DNA of 10,780 nt from Spirochaetota bacterium. Its GTDB lineage: Bacteria > Spirochaetota > UBA4802 > UBA5550. Position numbers and translations under genes: made by a program. The notes under the pieces are model-generated. The model worked only from the letters and a program-made list of their open reading frames with translations. It was not told the origin of the DNA and did not search any database. The DNA lies in the NCBI GenBank assembly GCA_050298055.1, contig JBNKTL010000014.1, positions 1-10,780 of the forward strand, in the 5' to 3' direction. Within the stretch, counting starts at the first letter, position 1. Every line of letters starts with the position of its first letter. Below are positions 1-6,958 of this stretch, piece by piece.

Positions 1-2
1 CC

Positions 3-317
3 TATACCCTTAATGAGTGGGAGAAGCTTGTACACTATCTCGATATCGATTTTTTGACCCCGGATAATAACCTGGTTGAAAATGCCATCCGGCCTTTTGT
101 GGTAGGAAGAAAAAACTGGCTCTTTTCAAATACACCTCGGGGTGCTCATTCGAGCGCTTTACTCTACAGCCTTGTTGAAACTGCAAAGGCTAATAACCTG
201 GAACCTTACAGTTATTTAAGATACCTCTTTACCCGGCTACCCGGGACTTCTTCAGAAGAAGAGATGAGAGAACTTTTGCCGTATTGTCTTAACAGTAAGG
301 CCATTGATTCCGGGTAA
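3..317 (+). CDS. tnpC: IS66-family transposase, C-terminal part (5' end outside window)
   Basis: The frame is open from the window edge (YTLNEWEKLVHYLDIDFLTPDNNLVENAIRPFVVGRKNWLF...YSLVETAKANNLEPYSYL...LLP). DNNxxENxIRP..GRKNWLF and SLxETAKxNxLxP..YL are hallmark IS66 TnpC C-terminal motifs. The listed start at 54 is an internal TTG. Confidence 0.95.
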   Translation, partial: YTLNEWEKLVHYLDIDFLTPDNNLVENAIRPFVVGRKNWLFSNTPRGAHSSALLYSLVETAKANNLEPYSYLRYLFTRLPGTSSEEEMRELLPYCLNSKAIDSG

Positions 318-323
318 TTTTAT

Positions 324-345
324 GTGGGGTTATTTTGACGCTTAC
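324..345 (-). repeat. IS66 right terminal inverted repeat (inner boundary approximate)
   Basis: Minus strand reads GTAAGCGTCAAAATAACCCCAC. The partner left IR is outside the window. Confidence 0.8.
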
Positions 346-384
346 TAACATTTTCCCAAAACCCAAAACCAACCCTAAACCCTC

Positions 385-413
385 TTGACCTCCCTAAAAT
401 CATATTCTATACT
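385..413 (+). promoter_or_regulatory. Sigma70-type promoter for the methyltransferase-Nudix operon
   Basis: TTGACC (385-390), 17-bp spacer, TATACT (408-413); each hexamer matches consensus at 5/6. It is followed by SD AGGAGG (433-438) and ATG at 443. Confidence 0.75.
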
Positions 414-442
414 GCCCCCAGCGCCAAAAACCAGGAGGAAAA

Positions 443-1246
443 ATGCCCGGTCCCCTCTTAACGCCCTTTACGGACCCGGAGACCCACTCGGTTTCCCGGG
501 ACATTATTTTCAGGCACTCGAGCAATAAAAATGACGTGAGAGACGTGGCACTTGAGAGGGTCGATTTCGGCGGGGTGACAAAGGTCCTTGACCTTGGCTG
601 CGGTTTCGGGTTTATTGCCGAGAAGATCGTGGAGAAGACCGCGCCCGGCACCCGGATATTCGGGGTGGACGCCTGTCCCCAGAATGAGAAGGCCTTCCTG
701 TCGGTCTTTAAGGAGTCGGGGAGGGAGGCGGAGTTTCTCCTTTATAAAATATCAACAAGCCTTCCCTTTGACTCCGGCAGCTTTGACCTGGTGGTATCTT
801 CATACTCCCTCTACTTCTTCCCCGGGATCATACCCGATGTTGCCCGGATGCTGAAAAGGGAGGGGACCTTTATCGTCATCACCCACAGCCAGACCTCATT
901 TTCCGGTCTCTACGAGGCAATGGGGATCAGGAGGGAAGATTCCGATATCCCCGGCCTCCTGAAGCAGTTCTCCGCTGAAAACGGGGAGGAGAAACTCTCC
1001 CCCTCTTTTGAGGAGATAGAGAAGATCGACTTCCCCAATACCCTCAGCTTTGATGAAAAACACTTTAATGATCTGGCGGTCTACGCGGGGTTCAAGCTGC
1101 CCCTTCTTCTGAAGGAGTGTGATATCTGCAGCCTTCTCCCCGATGAATATAAAAGGAAACTCCTCTACAGGCTCTCCGACAAAAAGGTGATCGTTATCGA
1201 CAAAAATGACGCCGTCTTTCGCTGCAGGAGGCCCCTATGCCATTGA
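443..1246 (+). CDS. Class I SAM-dependent methyltransferase, substrate unknown
   Basis: Motif I VLDLGCGFG, acidic residue after beta2 (GVD), LPFDSGSFDLVVS, and LKREGTFIV. Strong SD AGGAGG upstream. Confidence 0.92.
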   Translation: MPGPLLTPFTDPETHSVSRDIIFRHSSNKNDVRDVALERVDFGGVTKVLDLGCGFGFIAEKIVEKTAPGTRIFGVDACPQNEKAFLSVFKESGREAEFLLYKISTSLPFDSGSFDLVVSSYSLYFFPGIIPDVARMLKREGTFIVITHSQTSFSGLYEAMGIRREDSDIPGLLKQFSAENGEEKLSPSFEEIEKIDFPNTLSFDEKHFNDLAVYAGFKLPLLLKECDICSLLPDEYKRKLLYRLSDKKVIVIDKNDAVFRCRRPLCH

Positions 1247-2223
1247 ACCCGGTCTACTGCAGCCAGTGCGGGAAAAGGGTGGAGTACAGGGAGATCGAGG
1301 AGAGGATGCGGGCTTTCTGTCCCGGCTGCGGTACGGTCCACTACCGGAACCCCCTCCCGGTTGCCGCCGCCCTGGTCCTCAATTCCCGGCGGGAGGTGCT
1401 CCTGGTCAAAAGGAAGAACGATCCCCGGAAGGGGCTCTGGTGCCTTCCCGTGGGGTTCGCGGAACTGGGAGAGACCATTGCCCGGGCGGCCCTGAGGGAG
1501 CTCCATGAGGAGGCGGGAATACGGGGGAGGGTAATACGACTTCTCCAGGCCCGGTCTCTTGAGGTGGAGGTCTACGGGGAGCTCCTCTTTGTGACCTTTG
1601 AGGTGATAAAGACCGGCGGGGAGGAGTCGGCGGGGGATGACGCCGAGGATGTGGGGTATTTCCCCCTTGACGATCTCCCCCCCCTGGCCTTTGAGCCCAA
1701 TGAGTATGCCATAAAGTACAGCGTGGAAGCGCACCGGGAGGAGTGGGATATCCAGGATTCCTTCAACAAGATCGATACCGATGACCACCAGCAGATGCTC
1801 TCCGACACCCTGGTGGCCAATATCAGGGACAACGCGGAAAAGATCGCCGAAATATGGCTCAACGAGGTCTGCGTCAATCCCATGACATACTCGTACTCCA
1901 TGGTCCAGACGGAGCATCTCAAAGACCGGGTGAGGACGGCAATTTCCCATTTTGTAGAGTGGCTTTCGGGACCGGAGTATCTCGAGGAGGTGGGTAACTT
2001 CTTCAACGCCCTGGGGGAAGAGAGGCGGGAGATGGGTTTCAGCCTCCACGAGGTCATCTACTCCCTGAACCTCCTGAGAAAGTATATATTAAAATATGCC
2101 CATGAACACGATGTGTGGGACAGGCCCATCGAGGCCTACCGGGTCCTGGAGCTTGACAGGAGGATCATGCTCTTCTTTGACGAGGTCATCTACCATACAT
2201 CGGTGGGATATTCTATGGATTAG
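1237..2223 (+). CDS. Zinc-ribbon Nudix hydrolase fused to a C-terminal all-helical RsbRD_N/globin-like domain
   Basis: N-terminal CSQC...CPGC-GTVHYRNP zinc ribbon and an exact Nudix box G-FAELG-E-TIARAAL-RELHEEAGI (1453-1521). A C-terminal ~140 aa segment starts at MLSDTL (1795) with the pattern W...LGEERREMGFSLHEV...L...FFD. Overlaps the upstream gene by 10 nt. Confidence 0.88.
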   Translation: MPLNPVYCSQCGKRVEYREIEERMRAFCPGCGTVHYRNPLPVAAALVLNSRREVLLVKRKNDPRKGLWCLPVGFAELGETIARAALRELHEEAGIRGRVIRLLQARSLEVEVYGELLFVTFEVIKTGGEESAGDDAEDVGYFPLDDLPPLAFEPNEYAIKYSVEAHREEWDIQDSFNKIDTDDHQQMLSDTLVANIRDNAEKIAEIWLNEVCVNPMTYSYSMVQTEHLKDRVRTAISHFVEWLSGPEYLEEVGNFFNALGEERREMGFSLHEVIYSLNLLRKYILKYAHEHDVWDRPIEAYRVLELDRRIMLFFDEVIYHTSVGYSMD

Positions 2224-2245
2224 GATGAGAAGCAGGACGGGGCCG

Positions 2246-5200
2246 TCATATGTTCCGCCGGTACTTCCCCCCTACTTCAAAGAGGAGTTCCGTGATCTGG
2301 CCCAGGCTGGCGTACCGGGCCGTGTTCATGAGCTCTGCGAATATATTGCCTCCCTCAAGGGCGGTTTTCCTCAGGCTTTCCAGGGCCTCTTTCGCTTTCT
2401 TTTTGTTCTTCTCCCTGTACTTTTTCAGGTTCGCGCACTGGGCCTTCTTCTCTTCCGGTGTAGCCCGTGTAAGGAGTACGGAAGGTCTCGCGTAATTATC
2501 GTTAAGCGATTTCGGGTCCCTGTATGTGTTGACCCCGATGATTGGGTATTCCCCCGAGTCCTTTTTTAATTCGTAAGAGAGGGATTCATCCTGGATCTTT
2601 CCCCTCTGGTAGTGGGACTCCATGGCCCCCGGTACGCCGCCCCGCCGGCTGATGGACTCGAACTCTTGGAGCACCGCTTCTTCCACCTTCCGGGTCAGCC
2701 AGTCTATGATAAAGCTCCCCTGGTTGCTGTTCTCGCTTTTGTGAAAGCCGTATTCCTTGCCGATGATAAGCTGTATGGCCATGGCCCGGCGCACCGACTC
2801 TTCCGTGGGTGTGGTAATGGCTTCGTCGTATGAGTTGGTGTGGAGGGAGTTGCAGTTATCGTTCAGGGCCATGAGGGCCTGGAGGGTGGTGCGGATATCG
2901 TTGAACTGGATATCCTGGGCGTGAAGTGACCGTCCCGAGGTCTGGATGTGGCACTTGAGCCGCTGGCTCTGCTCGTTTGCCCCGTACCGGTACTTCATGG
3001 CAATGGCCCATATCCTTCGGGCAACCCGGATGATCACGTTATACTCCGGGTCCATCCCCGTGGAGAAGAAGAAGGAGAGGTTGGGGGCGAAGTCGTCTAT
3101 CTTCATCCCCCGGCCAAGGTAGTATTCAACGTAGGTGAAGGCATTGGCCAGGGTAAAGGCCAGCTGGGTGATGGGGTTTGCCCCGGCCTCGGCGATATGG
3201 TAGCCGCTGATGCTCACCGAGTAGAAGTTCTTCACCCTGTTTTCAATGAAGTACTCCTGTATGTCCCCCATCATCTTCAGTCCGAAATCCGTTGAGAAGA
3301 TGCAGGAGTTCTGGCCCTGGTCCTCCTTGAGGATATCCGCCTGGACCGTTCCCCGTATCTTTGTGAGCAGCTCCTTCTTTATCTTTTCTCTCTCTTCTTC
3401 GCCGGGGTCTCTTCCTTCTTTCTCTTTAAACCTTTCAGCTTCCCGGTCTATTGCCGCGTTGAAGAAAAAGGCCAGCATCACCGGGGCGGGGCCGTTTATG
3501 GTCATTGAGACGCTGGTCTTAGGGGAGGAGATGTCGAAGCCCGCGTAGAGTTTCTTCATGTCATCAAGGGTGCATACGCTGACGCCGCTTTCCCCGATCT
3601 TTCCGAAGATGTCAGGCTCTTCGCTGGGGTCCCGGCCGTAGAGGGTCACTGAGTCAAAGGCGGTGCTGAGCCTTTTGGCGTCGTCATGCTGCGATAGATA
3701 GTGAAAGCGCCTGTTGGTCCTTTCGGGGGTACCCTCACCGGCGAACTGTCTCTTCGGCTCCTCTCCCTCCCTCCTGAAGGGGAAGACCCCGGCGGTGAAG
3801 GGGAAGTGCCCCGGAAGGTTCTCGCTCCGCAGCCACCTGAAGAGGGCATCGGTCCCGCCGAATTCCGGAAGAACAACCCGGGGGATCTCCAGCCCCGTAA
3901 GGGAGCGGAAGGAGAGCCGGTTTTCCACCTCCTCTCCCCGTACCCGGGTAACCAGGGTCTCTCCCGAATAATCGGTTTTTACCTTATCCCATTTTTTTAA
4001 CAGCTTCCCGGTCCCGGGGTCCAGGCCCTCTTCAAGTTCTTTTATCTTTTTGTCCGGGATATCAGCTCCCTTCCGGTCTCTCACGGTTCTGCAGGCGTCC
4101 AGGATTTTCAGCTTATCCGCCTCTCTCTCTGTCTTCTCATGGTAGGCCCTCACCGCTCCCGTTATTTCACCGAGGTAGTACTCCCTTTCGTTGGGGATAA
4201 TACCCAGCCTTGATGACAGGGCGGGGGAGTAGCCCTCTCTTTTCGGGATCTCCCAGGTAATGAGCCCCTTCTCTTTCATGAGGGAGAGGGTGGTCTCGAA
4301 GAAGACATCGAGGCCTTCGTCGTTAAAGCTGCTGGCCACTGTTCCCACAACGGGGAGGTCCCGGTCCGGGGTGGCGAAATCGTTGTGGTTCCTCCTGTAC
4401 TGGGCCCGGACGTCCCTCAGGGTGTCCATGGACATCTTGTGGTCGAACTTGTTTATCACAATGATGTCCGCGTAGTCGAGCATATCGATCTTCTCAAGCT
4501 GTGTGGGGGAGCCGTAATCGGAGGTCATCACATAGAGGGAGAGGTCGCAGTACTCGGTTATTCCCGTGTCCCCCTGCCCGATGCCCGGGGTCTCCACCAT
4601 GATAAGGTCGAAGGCCGCGGCTTTCAATATTGCCAGGGAATCCTTGATGGCGATTGTCAGTTCCGACTTGGAGGTCCGGGTGGCCAGTGACCTCATGTAG
4701 ATCTTCTCCGGTGATATGAAGTTCATTCTCAGCCTGTCACCCAGGAGGGCGCCCCCTGTTTTTTTCCGGGTGGGATCTATGGCCAGGAGGGCAATTTTCT
4801 TTTCGGGATAGTAGCGGGTAAAGCGCCGGATAAATTCATCTTCCAGGGAACTCTTTCCCGAGCCGCCGGTCCCGGTTATGCCCATGACCGGTGTCCGGGC
4901 GGAGAGGGCGAGGATATCCTTTCCCAGGGTGGAGTAGACCACCTTTTTGTCCCTGTACTCCTTCTCGGCAATGGAGATCAGCTGTGTTATGAGAAAGCTG
5001 TCCCGGTCCCGGAGTTTCTCTTTCCAGTCAGGGGGAAGGGGAGGCATCTCAACCTGTGATGCTTTTTCCATCATGTCGTCTATCATCCCGGAGAGTCCCA
5101 GCTTCTGGCCGTCCTCCGGAGAATAGATCCTGGTGATACCGTAATCTTCAAGCTCCTTTATTTCGGCGGGAACGATGACTCCTCCCCCCCCGCCGAATAT

Positions 5201-5479
5201 CTTTATAAAGCCCGCGTTGTTCTCCCCGAGAAGGTCTTTCACATATTTGAAAAACTCCCTGTGCCCCCCCTGGTATGAACTGAGGCAGAGGGCGTGGACC
5301 CCCTCCTGCAGGGCGGCATGGACGATCTCCCGTACGGAACGGTTGTGTCCCAGGTGGACAACTTCGGCGCCGGCCTGCTGCAGCAGTCTCCTGACAATAT
5401 TAATGGACGCGTCATGCCCGTCGAAGAGTGTGGTTGCCGTAAGAAACCGGATGATTTTTTTGTGAGTGTTCTTTTTCAA
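2246..5479 (-). CDS. icmF: Fused isobutyryl-CoA mutase / MeaB-like GTPase chaperone (adenosylcobalamin-dependent)
   Basis: N-terminal B12-binding domain (FDGHDAS, SSYQGGH), G-domain (GTGGSGKSS, ETPGIGQ, NKFD) and mutase barrel (RQFAGEG, QADILKEDQGQN, ISGYHIAEAGA, SLHTNSYDEA). TTG start at 5479 with an in-frame TAA two codons upstream. Confidence 0.97.
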   Translation of the reverse strand: MKKNTHKKIIRFLTATTLFDGHDASINIVRRLLQQAGAEVVHLGHNRSVREIVHAALQEGVHALCLSSYQGGHREFFKYVKDLLGENNAGFIKIFGGGGGVIVPAEIKELEDYGITRIYSPEDGQKLGLSGMIDDMMEKASQVEMPPLPPDWKEKLRDRDSFLITQLISIAEKEYRDKKVVYSTLGKDILALSARTPVMGITGTGGSGKSSLEDEFIRRFTRYYPEKKIALLAIDPTRKKTGGALLGDRLRMNFISPEKIYMRSLATRTSKSELTIAIKDSLAILKAAAFDLIMVETPGIGQGDTGITEYCDLSLYVMTSDYGSPTQLEKIDMLDYADIIVINKFDHKMSMDTLRDVRAQYRRNHNDFATPDRDLPVVGTVASSFNDEGLDVFFETTLSLMKEKGLITWEIPKREGYSPALSSRLGIIPNEREYYLGEITGAVRAYHEKTEREADKLKILDACRTVRDRKGADIPDKKIKELEEGLDPGTGKLLKKWDKVKTDYSGETLVTRVRGEEVENRLSFRSLTGLEIPRVVLPEFGGTDALFRWLRSENLPGHFPFTAGVFPFRREGEEPKRQFAGEGTPERTNRRFHYLSQHDDAKRLSTAFDSVTLYGRDPSEEPDIFGKIGESGVSVCTLDDMKKLYAGFDISSPKTSVSMTINGPAPVMLAFFFNAAIDREAERFKEKEGRDPGEEEREKIKKELLTKIRGTVQADILKEDQGQNSCIFSTDFGLKMMGDIQEYFIENRVKNFYSVSISGYHIAEAGANPITQLAFTLANAFTYVEYYLGRGMKIDDFAPNLSFFFSTGMDPEYNVIIRVARRIWAIAMKYRYGANEQSQRLKCHIQTSGRSLHAQDIQFNDIRTTLQALMALNDNCNSLHTNSYDEAITTPTEESVRRAMAIQLIIGKEYGFHKSENSNQGSFIIDWLTRKVEEAVLQEFESISRRGGVPGAMESHYQRGKIQDESLSYELKKDSGEYPIIGVNTYRDPKSLNDNYARPSVLLTRATPEEKKAQCANLKKYREKNKKKAKEALESLRKTALEGGNIFAELMNTARYASLGQITELLFEVGGKYRRNI

Positions 5480-5535
5480 TGTTTATTCCAAAATTATTCC
5501 CTTCCTCGTAGCCCCCATTCTCCGGAGCCTCCCAG

Positions 5536-5610
5536 AGCCCCCCATCCCCCTGAGGGGGCGTAAGATTCCTAAAAATACTCTTGTGCCCCCTCAGGGGGTT
5601 AGGGGGGGCT
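5536..5610. repeat. REP/REPIN-like inverted repeat pair, each arm with an internal CCCCC-N3-GGGGG palindrome
   Basis: Left arm AGCCCCCCATCCCCCTGAGGGGGC (5536-5559). Right arm GCCCCCTCAGGGGGTTAGGGGGGGCT (5585-5610) is its near-perfect reverse complement. Confidence 0.85.
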
Positions 5611-5612
5611 TC

Positions 5613-6362
5613 CTACCTAAATTTCAACTTCTCCCCTTTCATAAACCTCCCTTTGATCCACAACCCCGACTTCTTTTTGATGATATGGCCCTTCCGGTCA
5701 TATTTTATATACTCTCCTTCACCGTGCCATTTGTCTTCTTTTATCTGTCCCCTGTATGTATATTTTAATTTTCCGTTATCAGAGTAGTTTTCGTAGGTCC
5801 CGTACCCGTGGTATCGTCCCATAAAGACCTGTCCCCTGTACCTACTTACGATCTTTCCCTTTTTATCGAAAGAGAAAAACGATCCGTTCCCGTGGGGGAC
5901 AAGGTTGTCATGCTGTCCCCGGTAAACGCACATCAGTTTTTTGTCTTTATAGTAGTAGTAGATCAGTCCTTCATATTTCGGTTCCCCGAAATCGAAATAT
6001 CCCACATACTTTTTTTTCCCCTTTTCAAAAAACCTCACCCCCCAGCCGTGAAGCCTTCCGTCCTGGTATTCTCCCATGTACCTGGGCCATCCGTCCTTTT
6101 TATACTCAATGCCCCAGCCGTGAAAGTCCCCGTTGGAAAACTTTCCGGAATAGATCTTTATTCCGTTAAGAGAGAGGACACCCTTCCCGTTAAACTTTCC
6201 GTTCCTGAATTCACCGATATATTTCATCCCCATATCTGATTCCGCTTCCCCGGTACCGTTACGGCAATTGCCCCCGGTACATTTAATATCCACGGGATAT
6301 CCCGGGCGCAGGGGGATGAAAAAAATTATGCATAAGAGCATGTAAGAAATCACTGTTTTCAT
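5613..6362 (-). CDS. MORN-repeat protein with predicted signal peptide
   Basis: Repeated YxGxFxxGxxxGxG units (YIGEFRNGKFNGKG, YSGKFSNGDFHGWG, YMGEYQDGRLHGWG, YRGQIKEDKWHGEG), a CxxGNCxNGxG cap, and a hydrophobic N-terminus MKTVISYMLLCIIFFIPL. Confidence 0.9.
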   Translation of the reverse strand: MKTVISYMLLCIIFFIPLRPGYPVDIKCTGGNCRNGTGEAESDMGMKYIGEFRNGKFNGKGVLSLNGIKIYSGKFSNGDFHGWGIEYKKDGWPRYMGEYQDGRLHGWGVRFFEKGKKKYVGYFDFGEPKYEGLIYYYYKDKKLMCVYRGQHDNLVPHGNGSFFSFDKKGKIVSRYRGQVFMGRYHGYGTYENYSDNGKLKYTYRGQIKEDKWHGEGEYIKYDRKGHIIKKKSGLWIKGRFMKGEKLKFR

Positions 6363-6533
6363 AATCTTTATCCGTTTACTCTCTCTTTAATATATATATA
6401 AAACCGGTATAAATCCATTACAACAATTAATTTACTCTCTTTTCTGTTATACGGGGTTTCCTTCTTGTTTGAAGTTGAAAGATGTCGATAGCAATAACAT
6501 AAGAGCGCATGCTGTTTGGAAAAGTCTGACACT

Positions 6534-6908
6534 ATGAAAAAAAATGGAATAATATTAGGCATTGAAAATGCGATCCTTGCCCTTGATATTCAGAATATCA
6601 TCAGGAAAAGAGGTTTTAAGAATGCTGTGATCTGCTACAGTTGTGAAGATGTTTATACCCTATTACATTCAATAATACCGGAATTCGTGGTAATCGATAT
6701 CCCTTTTGAAAATAAAAATGAATGGCTTGAACTGATGAGGTATTTCATGGCCCATTCACCGGCACCGGTTATCGCCATTACAGACTCTTATAGTTTGCAG
6801 GTCCATGAGGAAATTACGGGAGCAGGGGCCTCATCTGTTCTTACAAAACCCCTGGACAGGAGTTCCCTGCAGAGCCTGCTCACCGATATCTTTAAATCGA
6901 AAAGCTGA
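6534..6908 (+). CDS. Stand-alone CheY-like receiver domain protein (atypical acidic pocket)
   Basis: LALDIQNII helix 1, phospho-acceptor position VVIDIP, PVIAIT and GASSVLTKP; no output domain. ATG 6534 is preferred over TTG 6516. Confidence 0.82.
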   Translation: MKKNGIILGIENAILALDIQNIIRKRGFKNAVICYSCEDVYTLLHSIIPEFVVIDIPFENKNEWLELMRYFMAHSPAPVIAITDSYSLQVHEEITGAGASSVLTKPLDRSSLQSLLTDIFKSKS

Positions 6909-6958
6909 TCCTTTTGACTCTTTTACGGGAGAAGAGAACCTCTGTGAATTTTCCTCTC

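Larger units (their letters stand above)
1..345 (+). mobile_element. Right end of an IS66-family insertion sequence
   Basis: The tnpC stop at 317 is followed by GTGGGGTTATTTTGACGCTTAC ending at 345. Its reverse complement begins GTAAGCGTC, the typical IS66 terminus. Confidence 0.9.

Noticed and set aside
355..382. Plant-telomere-like CCCTAAA / eukaryotic contamination
   Set aside because: Only one exact unit, embedded in a clearly bacterial promoter context.
1237..1740. Nudix as a CoA pyrophosphatase linked to icmF
   Set aside because: No NuCoA motif (LLTxR...G...FPGG) precedes the Nudix box, and the genes are convergent rather than co-transcribed.
1165..2057. Long minus-strand ORFs (294 aa, 161 aa) opposite the Nudix gene
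   Set aside because: Antisense shadows typical of GC-biased codon usage; no motifs.
4835..4875. Glu after the IcmF P-loop (GKSSLED rather than the more usual GKSSLTD)
   Set aside because: The position varies among homologues and the core GxxGxGKS and NKxD motifs are intact, so there is no basis to call the GTPase altered.
5480..5612. Cobalamin riboswitch upstream of the B12-dependent icmF
   Set aside because: The minus strand lacks the conserved GGGAA..GGTG..AA.TCC, ACTGT and B12-box elements; the structure is explained by the inverted repeat.
2250..5787. Numerous plus-strand ORFs across icmF and its leader
   Set aside because: They overlap a clearly conserved gene or the repeat, have antisense-like composition, and show no recognisable domains.
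6368..6562. 64-aa minus-strand ORF upstream of the MORN gene
   Set aside because: It overlaps the receiver gene start, spans the divergent promoter region and has no motif. It cannot be fully excluded.
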